In this document: piece after piece, positions 35,432 to 47,370 of the stretch
How positions within the stretch are numbered: the first letter of the stretch is position 1
Layout of the letters: each line of letters starts with the position of its first letter
Assembly (NCBI GenBank): GCA_043228905.1
Contig: JBHGNT010000001.1
Location: 12,152,001-12,216,000, forward strand
Reading direction: 5' to 3'
DNA: 64,000 nucleotides
Source of the DNA: Azolla caroliniana
Taxonomy: Eukaryota; Plantae; Polypodiophyta
The notes under the pieces: model-generated
What the model was told of the DNA's origin: nothing
The model's database searches: none
What the model saw: the letters and a program-made list of their open reading frames with translations, nothing else
Made by a program: the position numbers and the translations under genes

Positions 35432-36948
35432 ACCATACAACATCCTTGATACATATGACTATAACACATGTTTAGACTTAAGGTCTAAGTGCACTTCGGG
35501 GTCCTCGTAATAGGACTTAAAGAGCCGAAACCACATATGTGGGCAAAGAAACATAGTTTAATGTTAACATTCTTTTCGTGTATAAACTACTCATGACGTG
35601 AACATACATGGTTAAGCCTCGGGGAGCCGCCATGAAAAAATCGATATAGAGATAAGGGAAAGACATTAAATTGTCACCCCCATGGTTTTTAAAACACATT
35701 TGTGTTACCATAGTAACCTTATCTTGACCCTCATCTCATACGTCTAGAGGGGTATTGACGTGAGATCATGATATCGATTAATGTTTGCCCATGATATGTT
35801 TACATCACGACATGATGTTATGACTATCTCTCTGACCTTATCCTATTTCTTTTCCAGAAATAATCTTTAATGGCTCAAATTAACAACCCGATGTCATCCG
35901 CTCAAGCGGAAGGAACTCAAGGGAATCCTCCTGGACAAATGTCCACTGAAATGTATTTGGCACAAATAACCCAATACCTTAGTTTCACCGCTCAACAGAT
36001 AACTGAACTTCGGCAATCTCAGAGTGCTCTTGAGGCACATGTCATTAGTCTACAACGTGAGACTAATAGACCCGATGAGCGACAAGGTGAACCATCATTT
36101 GTCGTTAAGTCATTTACGGGAGACAAAAAGGAAAGAACTGAAGAAGCAATCTGCACATGGCTGGGACGATGGGAGTTTCATTTTGAGCTCTATCCCACGC
36201 CAGATAGTACAAAGATTGCATATGTCGGCCGAGAACTCGGTGGTAAGGCCGCCGCCTGGTAGCGTGGGCTCCGTACTATGGGGAAATTGCCCGATACCTA
36301 AACAGATTTTGTCACGGTTTTTAAGGGCCAATTTCTGCAACCTCCCTCTCGAACCGAGGCAACACAAGCTTTAATGAACCTCTCTAGCAGGAAATTTTCC
36401 TCGCTAGAAGACTATGTTCACCATGTTAGAGCCCAAATCCAGAAATCGGGTCTAGAAGGGGACAATTGGTTGATAACTTGTTTTGTCAATGGCATCCCCA
36501 ATTCGGACTATCAATGAATAGTGCACGATAAGGATCCAAAATCCTTCGAAGAGGGCGTTGAAATAGTTCTTCGCTATCAACGCACTTCGAAGGACCACAA
36601 CAAACCCAACGAAGCGCCCGGGACTAAGCAGACGCAATTCGTTGGGAAACGCAAGACACCCAACGAATTCATGGATCGCGATTGTAAGCGACAACATCCT
36701 TTTTGCGTATTCTGCAAAAAGAAGGGTCATACAAAAGATCAATGTCGAAAGCTCCAACGGAAAGAGCACGACAACAAAGCTAAAGTTGCAGACCATAAAG
36801 GTCAGATTCCTAATGTCCTTCAGGTCTATACACATCATTTAAATAATTGTCAATGTTCTTTCCCTCACTATGTATTAGGTCCCAATGATTTACTACGTGC
36901 AAACGGGTATATCAATGGATCTCCCGTACAATTTTTATTTGATTTGGG

Positions 36949-37390
36949 TGTCAGGAATAGTACTAAAACAGGGATGGAATTAGTACTAAAGAAGAGCAAT
37001 ACTATTAGTACTAAGAGGACGGGACTGCGTAAGACTCCCGAGAGAGGAAGTGAGAAGAGGAGAGAGAGAGATAGCGAGAATGAGAGAGAGAAAGATGATG
37101 ACAGCAACTAATATATTATGTGAAAGATAAGTACAAAGCGGCTAAGAGGCTTAAGACTGGCGTTGAACCAATTTGGTTCAAAACAATGCCTCGTGCCTCC
37201 TTTTATAGTGTTTTTAGGAATAATCCTGAAGCTTCTAGAATGTTCCAGAGAGATCTAGAATATACATCAATTTTCTATGATAAAACATAAATGAAAATAA
37301 TATCCTACAAATTACAATTCATAGTCTAATGGTAAGAGCTCGACCCATGTAGCATAAGGTCATGGGTTCAAGTCTTGCCATCTCATGACA
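36949..37390 (-). mobile_element. 442-bp solo LTR inserted in the protease active-site codons
   Basis: TGTCA...TGACA termini; TTGGG/TCGGG TSD (1 mismatch). Removing it restores [16 protein letters not shown] box on the minus strand at 37207. Confidence 0.9.
37321..37381 (+). other. tRNA-like (A-box/B-box) sequence at the U3 edge of the solo LTR
   Basis: TAGTCTAATGGTAAGA (consensus A-box) ... AAGGTCATGGGTTCAAGTC (consensus B-box), ending ~10 nt from the LTR terminus. Confidence 0.8.
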
Positions 37391-40300
37391 TCGGGAAGAT
37401 CACACAATTTTGTGAATGATCGTTTGGTTCAGATATGGGGAATCCAACCCACCGTAAGTGATCACACCTACACAGTGCACTTAGCTGATGGAAGAGTACA
37501 ATACATCAACGGGGCGATTCATTCATTAGGAATTTCTATTGATGCTTATATAGAGGAAGTAGACTTCCATGTAATGAATCTTTGTACCACCGATGTAATA
37601 CTGGGTTATCCCTGGTTTTATAATAAAAACTCTTCTTTATTTATTGATTGGGTTCATCATTCAATTACATTTGTACTGAACGATTGTACTCATTTTATTC
37701 AATGTGTAAAAAAACAATCCCTCTCGATTGTTTCCTCGTGTCCATCTATATCCGAGTTGTCTTGTTCTACTCTATTTTATTGTGTACTTGATCCGAACAT
37801 TCACGTTTATAATATCGATAATGTCTCAGTTCAATTAACATATTTTGAACAACAACAACTTGATGAAATCTTAAATGATTTTCATGATGTTTTTCCAAGT
37901 GAACTACCAAATAGCTTACCTCGTAAACGTAATATAGACCATCGTATAGATATTGTACCTGGTGTTGCACCAATAAGTATACCTCCTTATCGCTTAAGTC
38001 GATCCGAAGAGGATGAGGTATCTAAGCAACTCAATGACTATTTACGAATGGGTTATATACGTTATAGTAAATCTCCATGGGGTGCACCAGTTCTCTTGGT
38101 TAAAAAGAAAGGGGGCACATGGAGTATGTGTATTAATTACCGACGCTTGAATAAAGTGACGATCAAGAATTCGTATCCATTGCCCCGGGCTGACGATCTA
38201 ATTGACCGTCTCCAAGGACCTCGGTATTTTACGAAACTTGATCTCCGTACTGGCTACCATCAAATACGTATAAGTGAGGACGATGTTCCTAAAACAGCAT
38301 TTCGTACGCACTATGGCCATTATGAGTTTTTGGTTACGCCTTTTGGTTTGACCAATGCTCCGGCTACATTTCAACAAGAAATGAATGACATTTTCCGAGA
38401 ACAACTTGGAAAATTTGTCGTTATTTTCTTGGATGATATTTTAGTTTATAGCCGTACATTACAAGAACATGTTAGACATGTCCGCTTCGTTTTACAAACA
38501 TTGCGTGACAAACAGTTTTATGCGAAGATCTCAAAATATGAGTTCTTCAAGAAATCAATTACTTCTCTAGGACATCTCATAACCGAACGAGGAGTTCAAA
38601 TTGATCCTTCTCGCATTGAAAAAATCAAGTTTTGGCCCACTCTTCGAAATATTCAAGAAGTTCAATCATTCCTTAGTTTTGTCGGGTTTTTGCGAAAGTC
38701 TCTTCGTAATTACTCACAATTGACGACGCCGTTTACTGATCTTTTAAAAGGTCAAACACGTAAGTCTACAAAACCTATTGTGTGGAATGCTACACTAGAC
38801 CTCGCCTTTAAGGAACTCAAGGACCTTGTTTGCAAGGCTCCTTCACTTCTTTTACCTGATCCTTCAAAACCTTTTGAGGTTGAAACCGATGCAAGCGATT
38901 ATGCTATAGGTGTTGTCTTGTATCAAGATGGCAAACCAATAGCATTCGAGAGTAAGAAACTTGATTCTGCTCAATGTCGGTATACCATTCAAGAAAAGGA
39001 ATTATTTGCAGTTATACATGCGCTTAAAACATGGCGCCATTATCTTTATGGAAATCGCTTTGTGGTAACTACGGACCACGAGTCCTTGAAATATTTTTGT
39101 GACCAACAAGACCTAAAAGGTCGTAAGGCACGATGGGCTTATCTCATCCAGGACTTTGATTTTTCCATACGATATCGTAAAGGTTCCATGAACATTGTCG
39201 CTGATGCACTAAGTCCCATCCGTGAAGTTAACATGCTTAGCTCCACTGAAATAACATCATATCTTTATGATCACCTTCGAGGAAAGTATCTTGATGACAG
39301 TTATTTTGCAAAATACTGGGCAAGAGTTGAGTCTAGAACAGACACCACCACATCCTCGAAGGAATACTTCCACATTGCTAACGGTTTGCTCTACCGTAAT
39401 GGGAAGGTTTGTGTTCCATATTTACCCGAGGTTAAAAAGAGGATTCTTTTTTAATGCCATGATGCACCCTCAGCAAGGCACCCTAGAATTCATCGTACAC
39501 TCGTTCTCATCTCCACTCAATTTTATTGGCCTAAGATGTGTCCTGGCATACATAGCTATGTGACTAAATGTCACCAATGTGAGGTTAACAAAGCCGAGCG
39601 ACTTAAAGCCGCAGGACTTTTACATCCCTTGGACATTCCCAATAATAAGTGGGAAAGTATATCCATGGATTTTATTGTTAGCCTTCCTCGCACCCAAAAA
39701 GGTCATGATGTCATCTGGGTTATCGTTGATCGACTAACTAAAATGGCCAGATTTATTGCTACTAAAACCACGGTAACAACTCCTGAATTAGTTTACCAAT
39801 TCGTTGACGAATTATATTGTTTTTATGGGTTACCGATGGATATCGTGAGTGACCGAGATCCAAAGTTTACTAGTGACTTCTGGACACAAGTCTTTAAGAA
39901 GTTAGAAACTACGTTGAGCATGAGTTCCACGGATCATCCTCAATCCGATGGACAGACAGAACGAGTAAATCAAATTATTGAGGACATGATTCGAGCATAC
40001 ATTCGTGCAAAACCAACAAAATGGGAATGTTATCTCCCAATTTTGGAGTTTGCTTATAACAGCTCCAAGCATACGTCGACGGGATATAGTCCTTTTATGT
40101 TTATGTATGGTTTTCAACCACGAGCCCCGATTAATGTTAATATACATCATGATGAGTTGCGAAGTACGCAAAACTTTCTTCGGGATATGCAAGATATGTT
40201 ACATATTGCACGAGATAATATAAAAACAGCTCAAGATAGAGCGCGTTTTTATGCCGACCATCATAGGCAACCTCGTGTATTCAACCCTGGACAGAAGGTA

Positions 40301-43043
40301 TTTTTACGTGTACCTCACAATTCTAAAACATTGTCTACGGGTAAGTGCGCTAAGTTAGCCCCACGGTTTTGTGGACCTTTTACAGTCCTCAAACTCATTA
40401 GGTCATCAGCCTATCGTCTTGCTCTTCCCGATGGTGTTGGAATTCATCTAGTCTTCCATGTGAGTCATCTAAAAGAACTTCTAGGTTCTGGCGACAACAC
40501 AGTTATAACTGAAACTTTGGTTACTTCTGAAGATTTATCTTCGAAACCACATGTACCAAAAAGAATTCTCGATGTTAAAACAAAAAAGTTACGTACTAAA
40601 GAAATCCGAGAATTTAAAATTAAATGGATGGACAAATCTATCAAAGATGCCACATGGGAACGCGAGAATACTCTAAGAACAAACTTCCCTAACTTTCTAT
40701 TGTAATAGTGCAATGTTTTAAAGAAGGGGAGTATGTTACGGGCATGACCATTTAATATCCCGTGGTGAGAATTTACCGTAGTATTCTATACACGTGGATA
40801 AGTGTGAGGGTTAAACGAGAGTGTAAAGAAGGGGAGGATTACTTTTAATCCTCGAGATTGAGACAACCCATTAGGTCAAGTGTGAACTTGCCTGGGGGCC
40901 TTGGGTATCGCTATAAATAAGAGGCCTAGCTACCCTCATTTGATCATCTTTTGACTACATCGAGACTCTGCTCTTGTGGTGGGTCAACTCTTGTAGCGAG
41001 CGCCCCAGCACCAGGTACAACTCGACGCCACAACGGTGGTATGGGACGCCGATCGAGGCTCGAGTCCGTCTCGATCCCTTCGCTCGAGGGTGGTCGGGTG
41101 GATCGATACCCTTGTTTCTCTTTCTCCTTTCTATCTATTATTAGTTTCTCCTTATCTTAAGCTTACTTTAGTACCTAGATCTCTAATAATGAGACTCATC
41201 CTTATAACAGTTCATGTGCATCTCTCTTTTCTCTTAGTTCTTTGCCGTCAAACATGAGATCCCGATATTTGCCAAACGATAAGTTTTGATAAGATCAAAC
41301 TCATATATGTTTTGATTGAAATTCTAATAATGGCATCACGGGCTGGACAAGTTCAAGCGAATAGGATCAAATTAGTGATCTAGTTGTCCTGACAAGTTTG
41401 TCACAGTAGGATAGCAGAACAAATTTAGATCAAACTAACAACATCATGGTTCCAACAAGTTGAGCTCAAGCAAAGACAGCATCAAGTAGTATGTCAGGGA
41501 CAGCCATTGCCATCAACACTAGGAATGCTCTTTGGTCCTCTACCCACCAGAGAACAACTCGAGGAAAAAATACAAGAAAATGCAATTCAGCTTTTCTTCC
41601 CCATCTACATGGCTGGGAAAAATGATTTGACAATTGAGTCATGGTGACACCCCATGAAAGTTAATATACAATCACCAGCCTTTTGAGTAATGTGTCAATA
41701 CCAAGTGTGTAACCGTTTCATCAAATGCAAGAAGCCCTTTGGCTTACCTTGATTGTTAAAATGCATAAATCTGGGTGAGACTTGAAATATGATTTAGTTT
41801 GAATTTTTAATACTTTGGCAGCTTTAAAACAAACTCAAAAGTATCTCTGAAACATAGAGAGACTTTATGTACAAAATTCTGCACGTATTTTCAAATCTTT
41901 AATTATAGAGAAATTGGAATGGAATTCACTTTACAGATGATGTTTTATGAGCATAAAAATACACACTTCTTCAACTGATGTTTTATGAGCTTCATCCATG
42001 TCCTGCCAGTAAGACCTTAAAAAGAATACCAACATTTCACTTGAGCTTGTCTGTTTATTGCAAAAGTTATCTATCAGCAAGATATAACCAAAAATACTTT
42101 CCTATCTCTTTTCTTTTTTGTTTTAAACTGCATGATGTTCACCTAGGAACACCATGAATAATGTGTGAGCCAAGCATGGCAACCCACACTTCTGCTATCA
42201 TTGAGACCTCTGAATGGCATCTATATAGGAATCAGTAATTTGCATCTATAAGATATGTTTATGCCTTGGCTTTTCTCCTCAATAGACTCCAGACTCTCTC
42301 TTTACTAATTGATCTGTCGCAGGAAGGGCCATGATCATCTCTTGTCATAATAACCCAAATGCCATGTTATAGGACAAAGAGGTATATGTTGTGATATTCT
42401 GTACATTGGCAAATCCTTTGCTTTGTCGAAGGTTCTCTCTTGCATATCTGCTTCTCTGGGGGATAACTCTATATTGCTGAGATGTCACTTATGTCCGACA
42501 GGCATTATTGCATATAACAAAATAACAGCACATCCAGGCATGAATGAATAGCAAAATAACAGCACGTCTGAGGCCATGTGATAACTGGGATGTGTGCACC
42601 ATCATATCAACTAATAGAAAGTTATCTTCATACTTTCTATCAGCATGGTATCAATATTCTCCTGACATCCAACGCGAGAGCTAAGACTTGAGAACTTTGC
42701 AACCATCTCTGACATGTATGAAGTGCTCGACAACAAGTCTATTATGGTATTATATCTATTAACAAAGCACATAACCATCTTTGCGTTGCAAAAACAAGAG
42801 CTAGGAGTAAATACCCAATATGGAGGAGTGCTTTTCTAATATAGTTTAGAGAGTAGGTGGTGTTGGGCCTATATATTTAGCAATATAATGCATTAGGATG
42901 GGAATGCTCCCATAGAAGTTCCCATGTCTCTCAAACTTCCCAACTCAATATTTTCTCCTTTCATTTGATGAGGTGTGATATTTCATATGAACGGTAACTC
43001 AGAGAGATACCACTCAGAGTAAGCAGCCTCTCATCTGAGAGGC

Positions 43044-45455
43044 TTAATCATCGTACCAATGTCTGGGAGCTTTGTCTTTTGTCGAAGTGGCATCATCAAT
43101 AGCTATCATAAGTGTAATTTTTTCATCAGTTCATGTTTATTGAAATATAGCACTATATACATCATTCTAATAAAAGAATTTTGCTTTTTATTCGTCACCT
43201 GGAGCAGCAGAATGTTTATAGTTTGAAGTTACTCTGGATTTCGGTACAGCCACAATAGAATTCTGCATTTGTATGTCAGTTTGTGAATGCAGCCCACCAT
43301 TTTGTTTATAGAGTTCTTGCTGATGCAAATAGTTGCCATTGATCAAGCCAGGTACTGGGCTTTCAAGCTCCTACACATTTAAAAAAAATTTAACTGCAAA
43401 TGTAATCACAACCACAGCTTCATAGTAACGAAAATAAAGACAATAAATATCATACGAATTTACCAGATTGGGCATGTATATTCCATAATATAGAATCAAA
43501 TAAAACAAAGAGCCTACCAAGCGGCACCATTTTAATGTAAACCCTCTACAAATAATTAGCAATTAAAAATACAATTTTAGTAGGGTTTCCAAGTCCATAT
43601 GATAATTTTGACTACAATGAAAGCACATTTGCTTTTTCAGTGGTATATCTTCTCCTATCTTGTAAGAAGGCCCACTGAACAAAATTACATGTTTTTGGGT
43701 ATTTACATTCATAAGTGTAATGGAGATGCCTATTTAGTCTAGCTTCCCAAGTGTAATGAACAGTTCGAACATATGTCTATCAAGAGTTTGGGGTAACAAG
43801 TATGACACCATTATCAAACTAAAAATAAAACATGTGTTTAGTTTATCTTTAAAAAATGAGCAGTGCAAACATATATCTACCGAGAGTTCCAAGTAATGAC
43901 ACCATTGTTAAACACAGGACAAATCTGGGAGAGGAAGAGAGACAAAATGATTGTATTTGAGTTAATCAAGTTCTTCTGCAAAGGACACGCGTTAACCTCT
44001 ACATTCTGTAGTGAGATCTGGTAAAATAGAGTAATTGCTGAGTTTCTACCCATAGTGAAGTGTCTAACAAAAAAATGGCTTAGCACTCCTCCATAGCAAG
44101 AAAAAGAGATAGCATACCTGACGCCACTGTTGTTGTAAAGCAATCAAAGTTCGGCAATGCGCTCTGCATTCTTTCTGGAGCTTCAATTCAAGATTCTTAA
44201 TTTGGGCCTTTCTTTGATGGACGGTTGTGGCTGGAAATTACAACACGGACTCTCATTTATGTGAACTAAGAACATAACGTTACATAAGGGAAAGAAAGAA
44301 AAGTGAACTGAACTGACCTAAACTAAGCTGAACTGAACCGAGTCCATTTAAAATCCAAGTTCAGAGAGCAGGAAATAATAGGGGGGAAACTGAACTACAC
44401 TGTGTTCAATACTCGTTCAGGGAAGATGACATCGTACAGAAGCAACGGAGAAGAAGACGACCAAACAAACGATCAGAAAAAAAGGATAGAAAATGAAACT
44501 GCAAAGAAGAAAATTCCTAGAGCTAAAATACTTCACATTTTGGACCAGAGAAAACGGGCAACGCAATAAGAGGAAAAAGGTTCAGGAAAGAAAAGTAGCA
44601 AAGAAAATAAAGAAATTTGTCAAGCTGAACTACTTCTGTATTGAGGAATGCTGCATCGAATCAGGTGTTTTAAGTGAAGAAAAAAAGAGAAAAACATTTA
44701 ACTTTGAATCCGTGTTCAAGGGGAGCATAAACAGATAAAGAAAAAAGAACTGAGCTCAAGCGAATGATCCGAGAGAGAGAGAGAGAAGAGACTGGAAAAG
44801 AAAATCTGGAAGGAAGAATAGAAGAAAGGAAATAACCTGGAGAGATGTCCAACTGTTGTTGTTCTGATATGCCCAAGGAAGGAGGAGGAGAAGAAATGTT
44901 GGGGGAAGAATGTCTGCGTTCACTTCTTCTTCTTCTTTTTCTCTTCCTACTCATATCAGAAGGAGGAGGAGTAGGAAGTGAATCATCTTCTTCTTCACTT
45001 GCATCTGTCGAGGAGTCATCATCCATACTACATTGAGGGGAGCATTGCACAGCAGACACAGGAGCAGAAGCGGAAGATCTGTGAGCGTGAGTGTGAGTGT
45101 GATTCTGCGACAGACCTCCTCTGGGTGCAGCAGGAATCTGAGGACGAGAAATCTGTGGAGATGGAGAAGATGAGACTAAGGCCCAGTCTTCTTCTTCTTC
45201 GTCGTCGTCGTCTTCTTCGCCGCTTTGTCGTTCTTCTACTACGGCATCCTCCTCCTCCTCTTCTTCTTCTTCTTCTTCTTCTTCTACTACTACTTCTTCG
45301 CCGTCGTCTTCCTCCTCCTCTTCTTTATCTTCTTCTCCCTCCAATCCTCCTCCTCCTCCTCCTCCTCCTCCTCCTTCTTCTTCTTCTTCTTCTTCATCTT
45401 CGTAGACTTCATAGTCGTCTTCGTCGTAGACCTGTGCAGAGGAAGAAGAAGCCAT
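43044..45455 (-). CDS. Unknown protein, ~320 aa: acidic poly-E/D N-terminus, basic NLS-like run, coiled coil; exons 45455-44837, 44230-44118, 43370-43199, 43102-43044
   Basis: Kozak-like gccATGG; GT-AG junctions with compatible phases (619+113+172+59 = 963 nt) keep the frame open; RKRKRRRR; KAQIKNLELKLQKE. The 3' end is less certain. Confidence 0.62.
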
Positions 45456-45694
45456 GGCTGGCTACACAGAGACACAGACACAGACACAGACAGACAGAGA
45501 TGGAGTTTGTGTCTAGAAATGTTTGTGTGGGAAACAGAAGAGTTTCATCTATTTACAGAAATAGCCCCCACACACAAACAACAACAACAACAGGAGGAGG
45601 AGGAGGACCGTTTTGTATAATTATAGAAAATACCCCCAGTCCACAACAACATAAGAATGTTAAATATTATTCTTGTATTTGTGGTTTAAAATTT

Positions 45695-45872
45695 ATGTAT
45701 GCATGCATGCATGTATGTATGTATGTTGTGTATGTATGTATGTATGTATGTATGTATGTATGTATGTTATGTATGTATGTATGTATGTATGTATGTATGT
45801 ATGTATGTATGTATGTTATGTATGTATGTATGTATGTATGTATGTATGTTATGTATGTATGTATGTATGTAC
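45695..45872. repeat. (TATG)n microsatellite upstream of the acidic-protein gene
   Basis: Direct reading of the sequence. Confidence 0.95.
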
Positions 45873-47370
45873 AATCCATGAGTGGGAGGATGCGGTTTCA
45901 GGAGGGAGTGGCCATGAAGCATTCTCACTCACATTATGGCCCTGTTTACAATCCACTCTGCCCTCCCTTTTACGCTTCGAGCCCCTTTGGCTCTTTGCAA
46001 CTTCTTCTTCCACACTCAATAACCAATTCTTTCTTTCTTGTTTTTGCATCTTGGCCACCCCCCTCTCGCTCTTCTGGACGTCTCCCCCCAAAACTTTACC
46101 CAAATATACCCGTCCCTAAAATAATAGTGGTATTGCATACATAGGTAGAGGTGTCTTTTTTGCCATTTCAAGAAATCGGCAAGCGTTTTCTCCCATGAAC
46201 TGGTGGGATAGCTAGCACATATACATGAAATGAAAGGCAGATCACACCTTCACAATGATGTTCTCTGGAGTACTTGTTCATCTTTGGCAAGTCGTACATA
46301 TTACGTGACCATCTACTACCCTTTTTGGAGTCACACTCACATATGCAAAGATTTATATTAACCAAAATCATCATTGACTACTGTCTGCAAACATGAAAGC
46401 AAATGAAATTTAGTTAAAATACTTGTTGGACATATATATCAAAGTGTTTCTTACTAGTGCAATCCATTCCTCAATGCACTATTCCTCATGGAAGGTATGC
46501 TTGTGCCTAAATTAAACTAGGTTCAATCATCATTGTTCTCTTACGTTCAAGAATAATTTTCAAGGCTTAGGATATCTTGTTGCTTGACTAGATACATTAC
46601 TTGTAAGCATTCAAACAATGTCAAATTGTTCTACACCTATATTTCACAATGTTGAATTATCATTGTTCTCTTATGCTCGAGAATGTCAATGTTTTCTTAT
46701 TATGCTTAAACAACCCGATAAATGCACCCAAAGAAGGGAAAATAAGTCTCAAGTATTAAGATTGAGGTTGGGAATGTGTATAGCCCATTCATAAAGGCAT
46801 TGTAAATCTTAACTCATGTTTCCACTTGTGGCACAAGATCTAAGTAACTTTCGTACATGACCATAGTCAATTATTGCTTAATAAATTTGATTATCACTTG
46901 CATCGATGGTCACATCTCATATTTCACAAAATTCTAATAGATGTTCAGTAGCCATGAACCAAGTGGCTTAGACGTAACACCCATTAAAAAAGGAATAAAA
47001 TTTCTCCATCATACTTTATAACTATAAATCTGGCGGTCAGGAAAACAAATCTCAAATTATTGAAGGAGTGTATACATTGGCAGTGTGCATATCTGAATTA
47101 AAAAAATAATATAAATTTTACATCATGTTCCCAACAGTGATACAACATTTGAAGAATGATTATACAACACCCTGGCTAATCCTATTTTAGTAATCTCGGT
47201 TATCACCTGCATCAATGGTGATGTCATATTTCATGACATTCAAAGATATATTTAGCAGCCATGAACTGGGTATTCATTGACGTATTGACTGACCATCAGC
47301 AAATTGCTGAAAATTTTCCATTTGCAGCCAGGATTGAGATTTCGTGTATAATGGTAGAAATCAACAAATT

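Larger units (their letters stand above)
33724..41188 (+). mobile_element. Full-length Ty3/gypsy chromovirus (defective)
   Basis: 455-bp LTRs at 33724-34178 and 40734-41188 (15 differences by eye), ATGAG TSD, tRNA-iMet PBS TGGTATCAAAGC at 34181, PPT AAAGAAGGGGAG at 40720-40731. Gag from 35870 with CVFCKKKGHTKDQC; protease; RT FLDD; RNase [10 protein letters not shown]; integrase with GPF motif; C-terminal chromodomain (IKW...ATWE). Premature stops at 36260 and 39452, among others. Confidence 0.96.

Noticed and set aside
36521-37111. Stand-alone 196-aa zinc-knuckle gene
   Set aside because: Gag/protease fragment reading into the inserted solo LTR.
18672-37381. Functional tRNA genes at 18672, 35370 and 37321
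   Set aside because: A/B boxes are present, but acceptor and anticodon stems do not form a full cloverleaf.
44978-46144. 388-aa plus-strand ORF
   Set aside because: It is the antisense reading of the acidic exon plus (TATG)n, giving poly-L and YVCM repeats that lack stops for compositional reasons.
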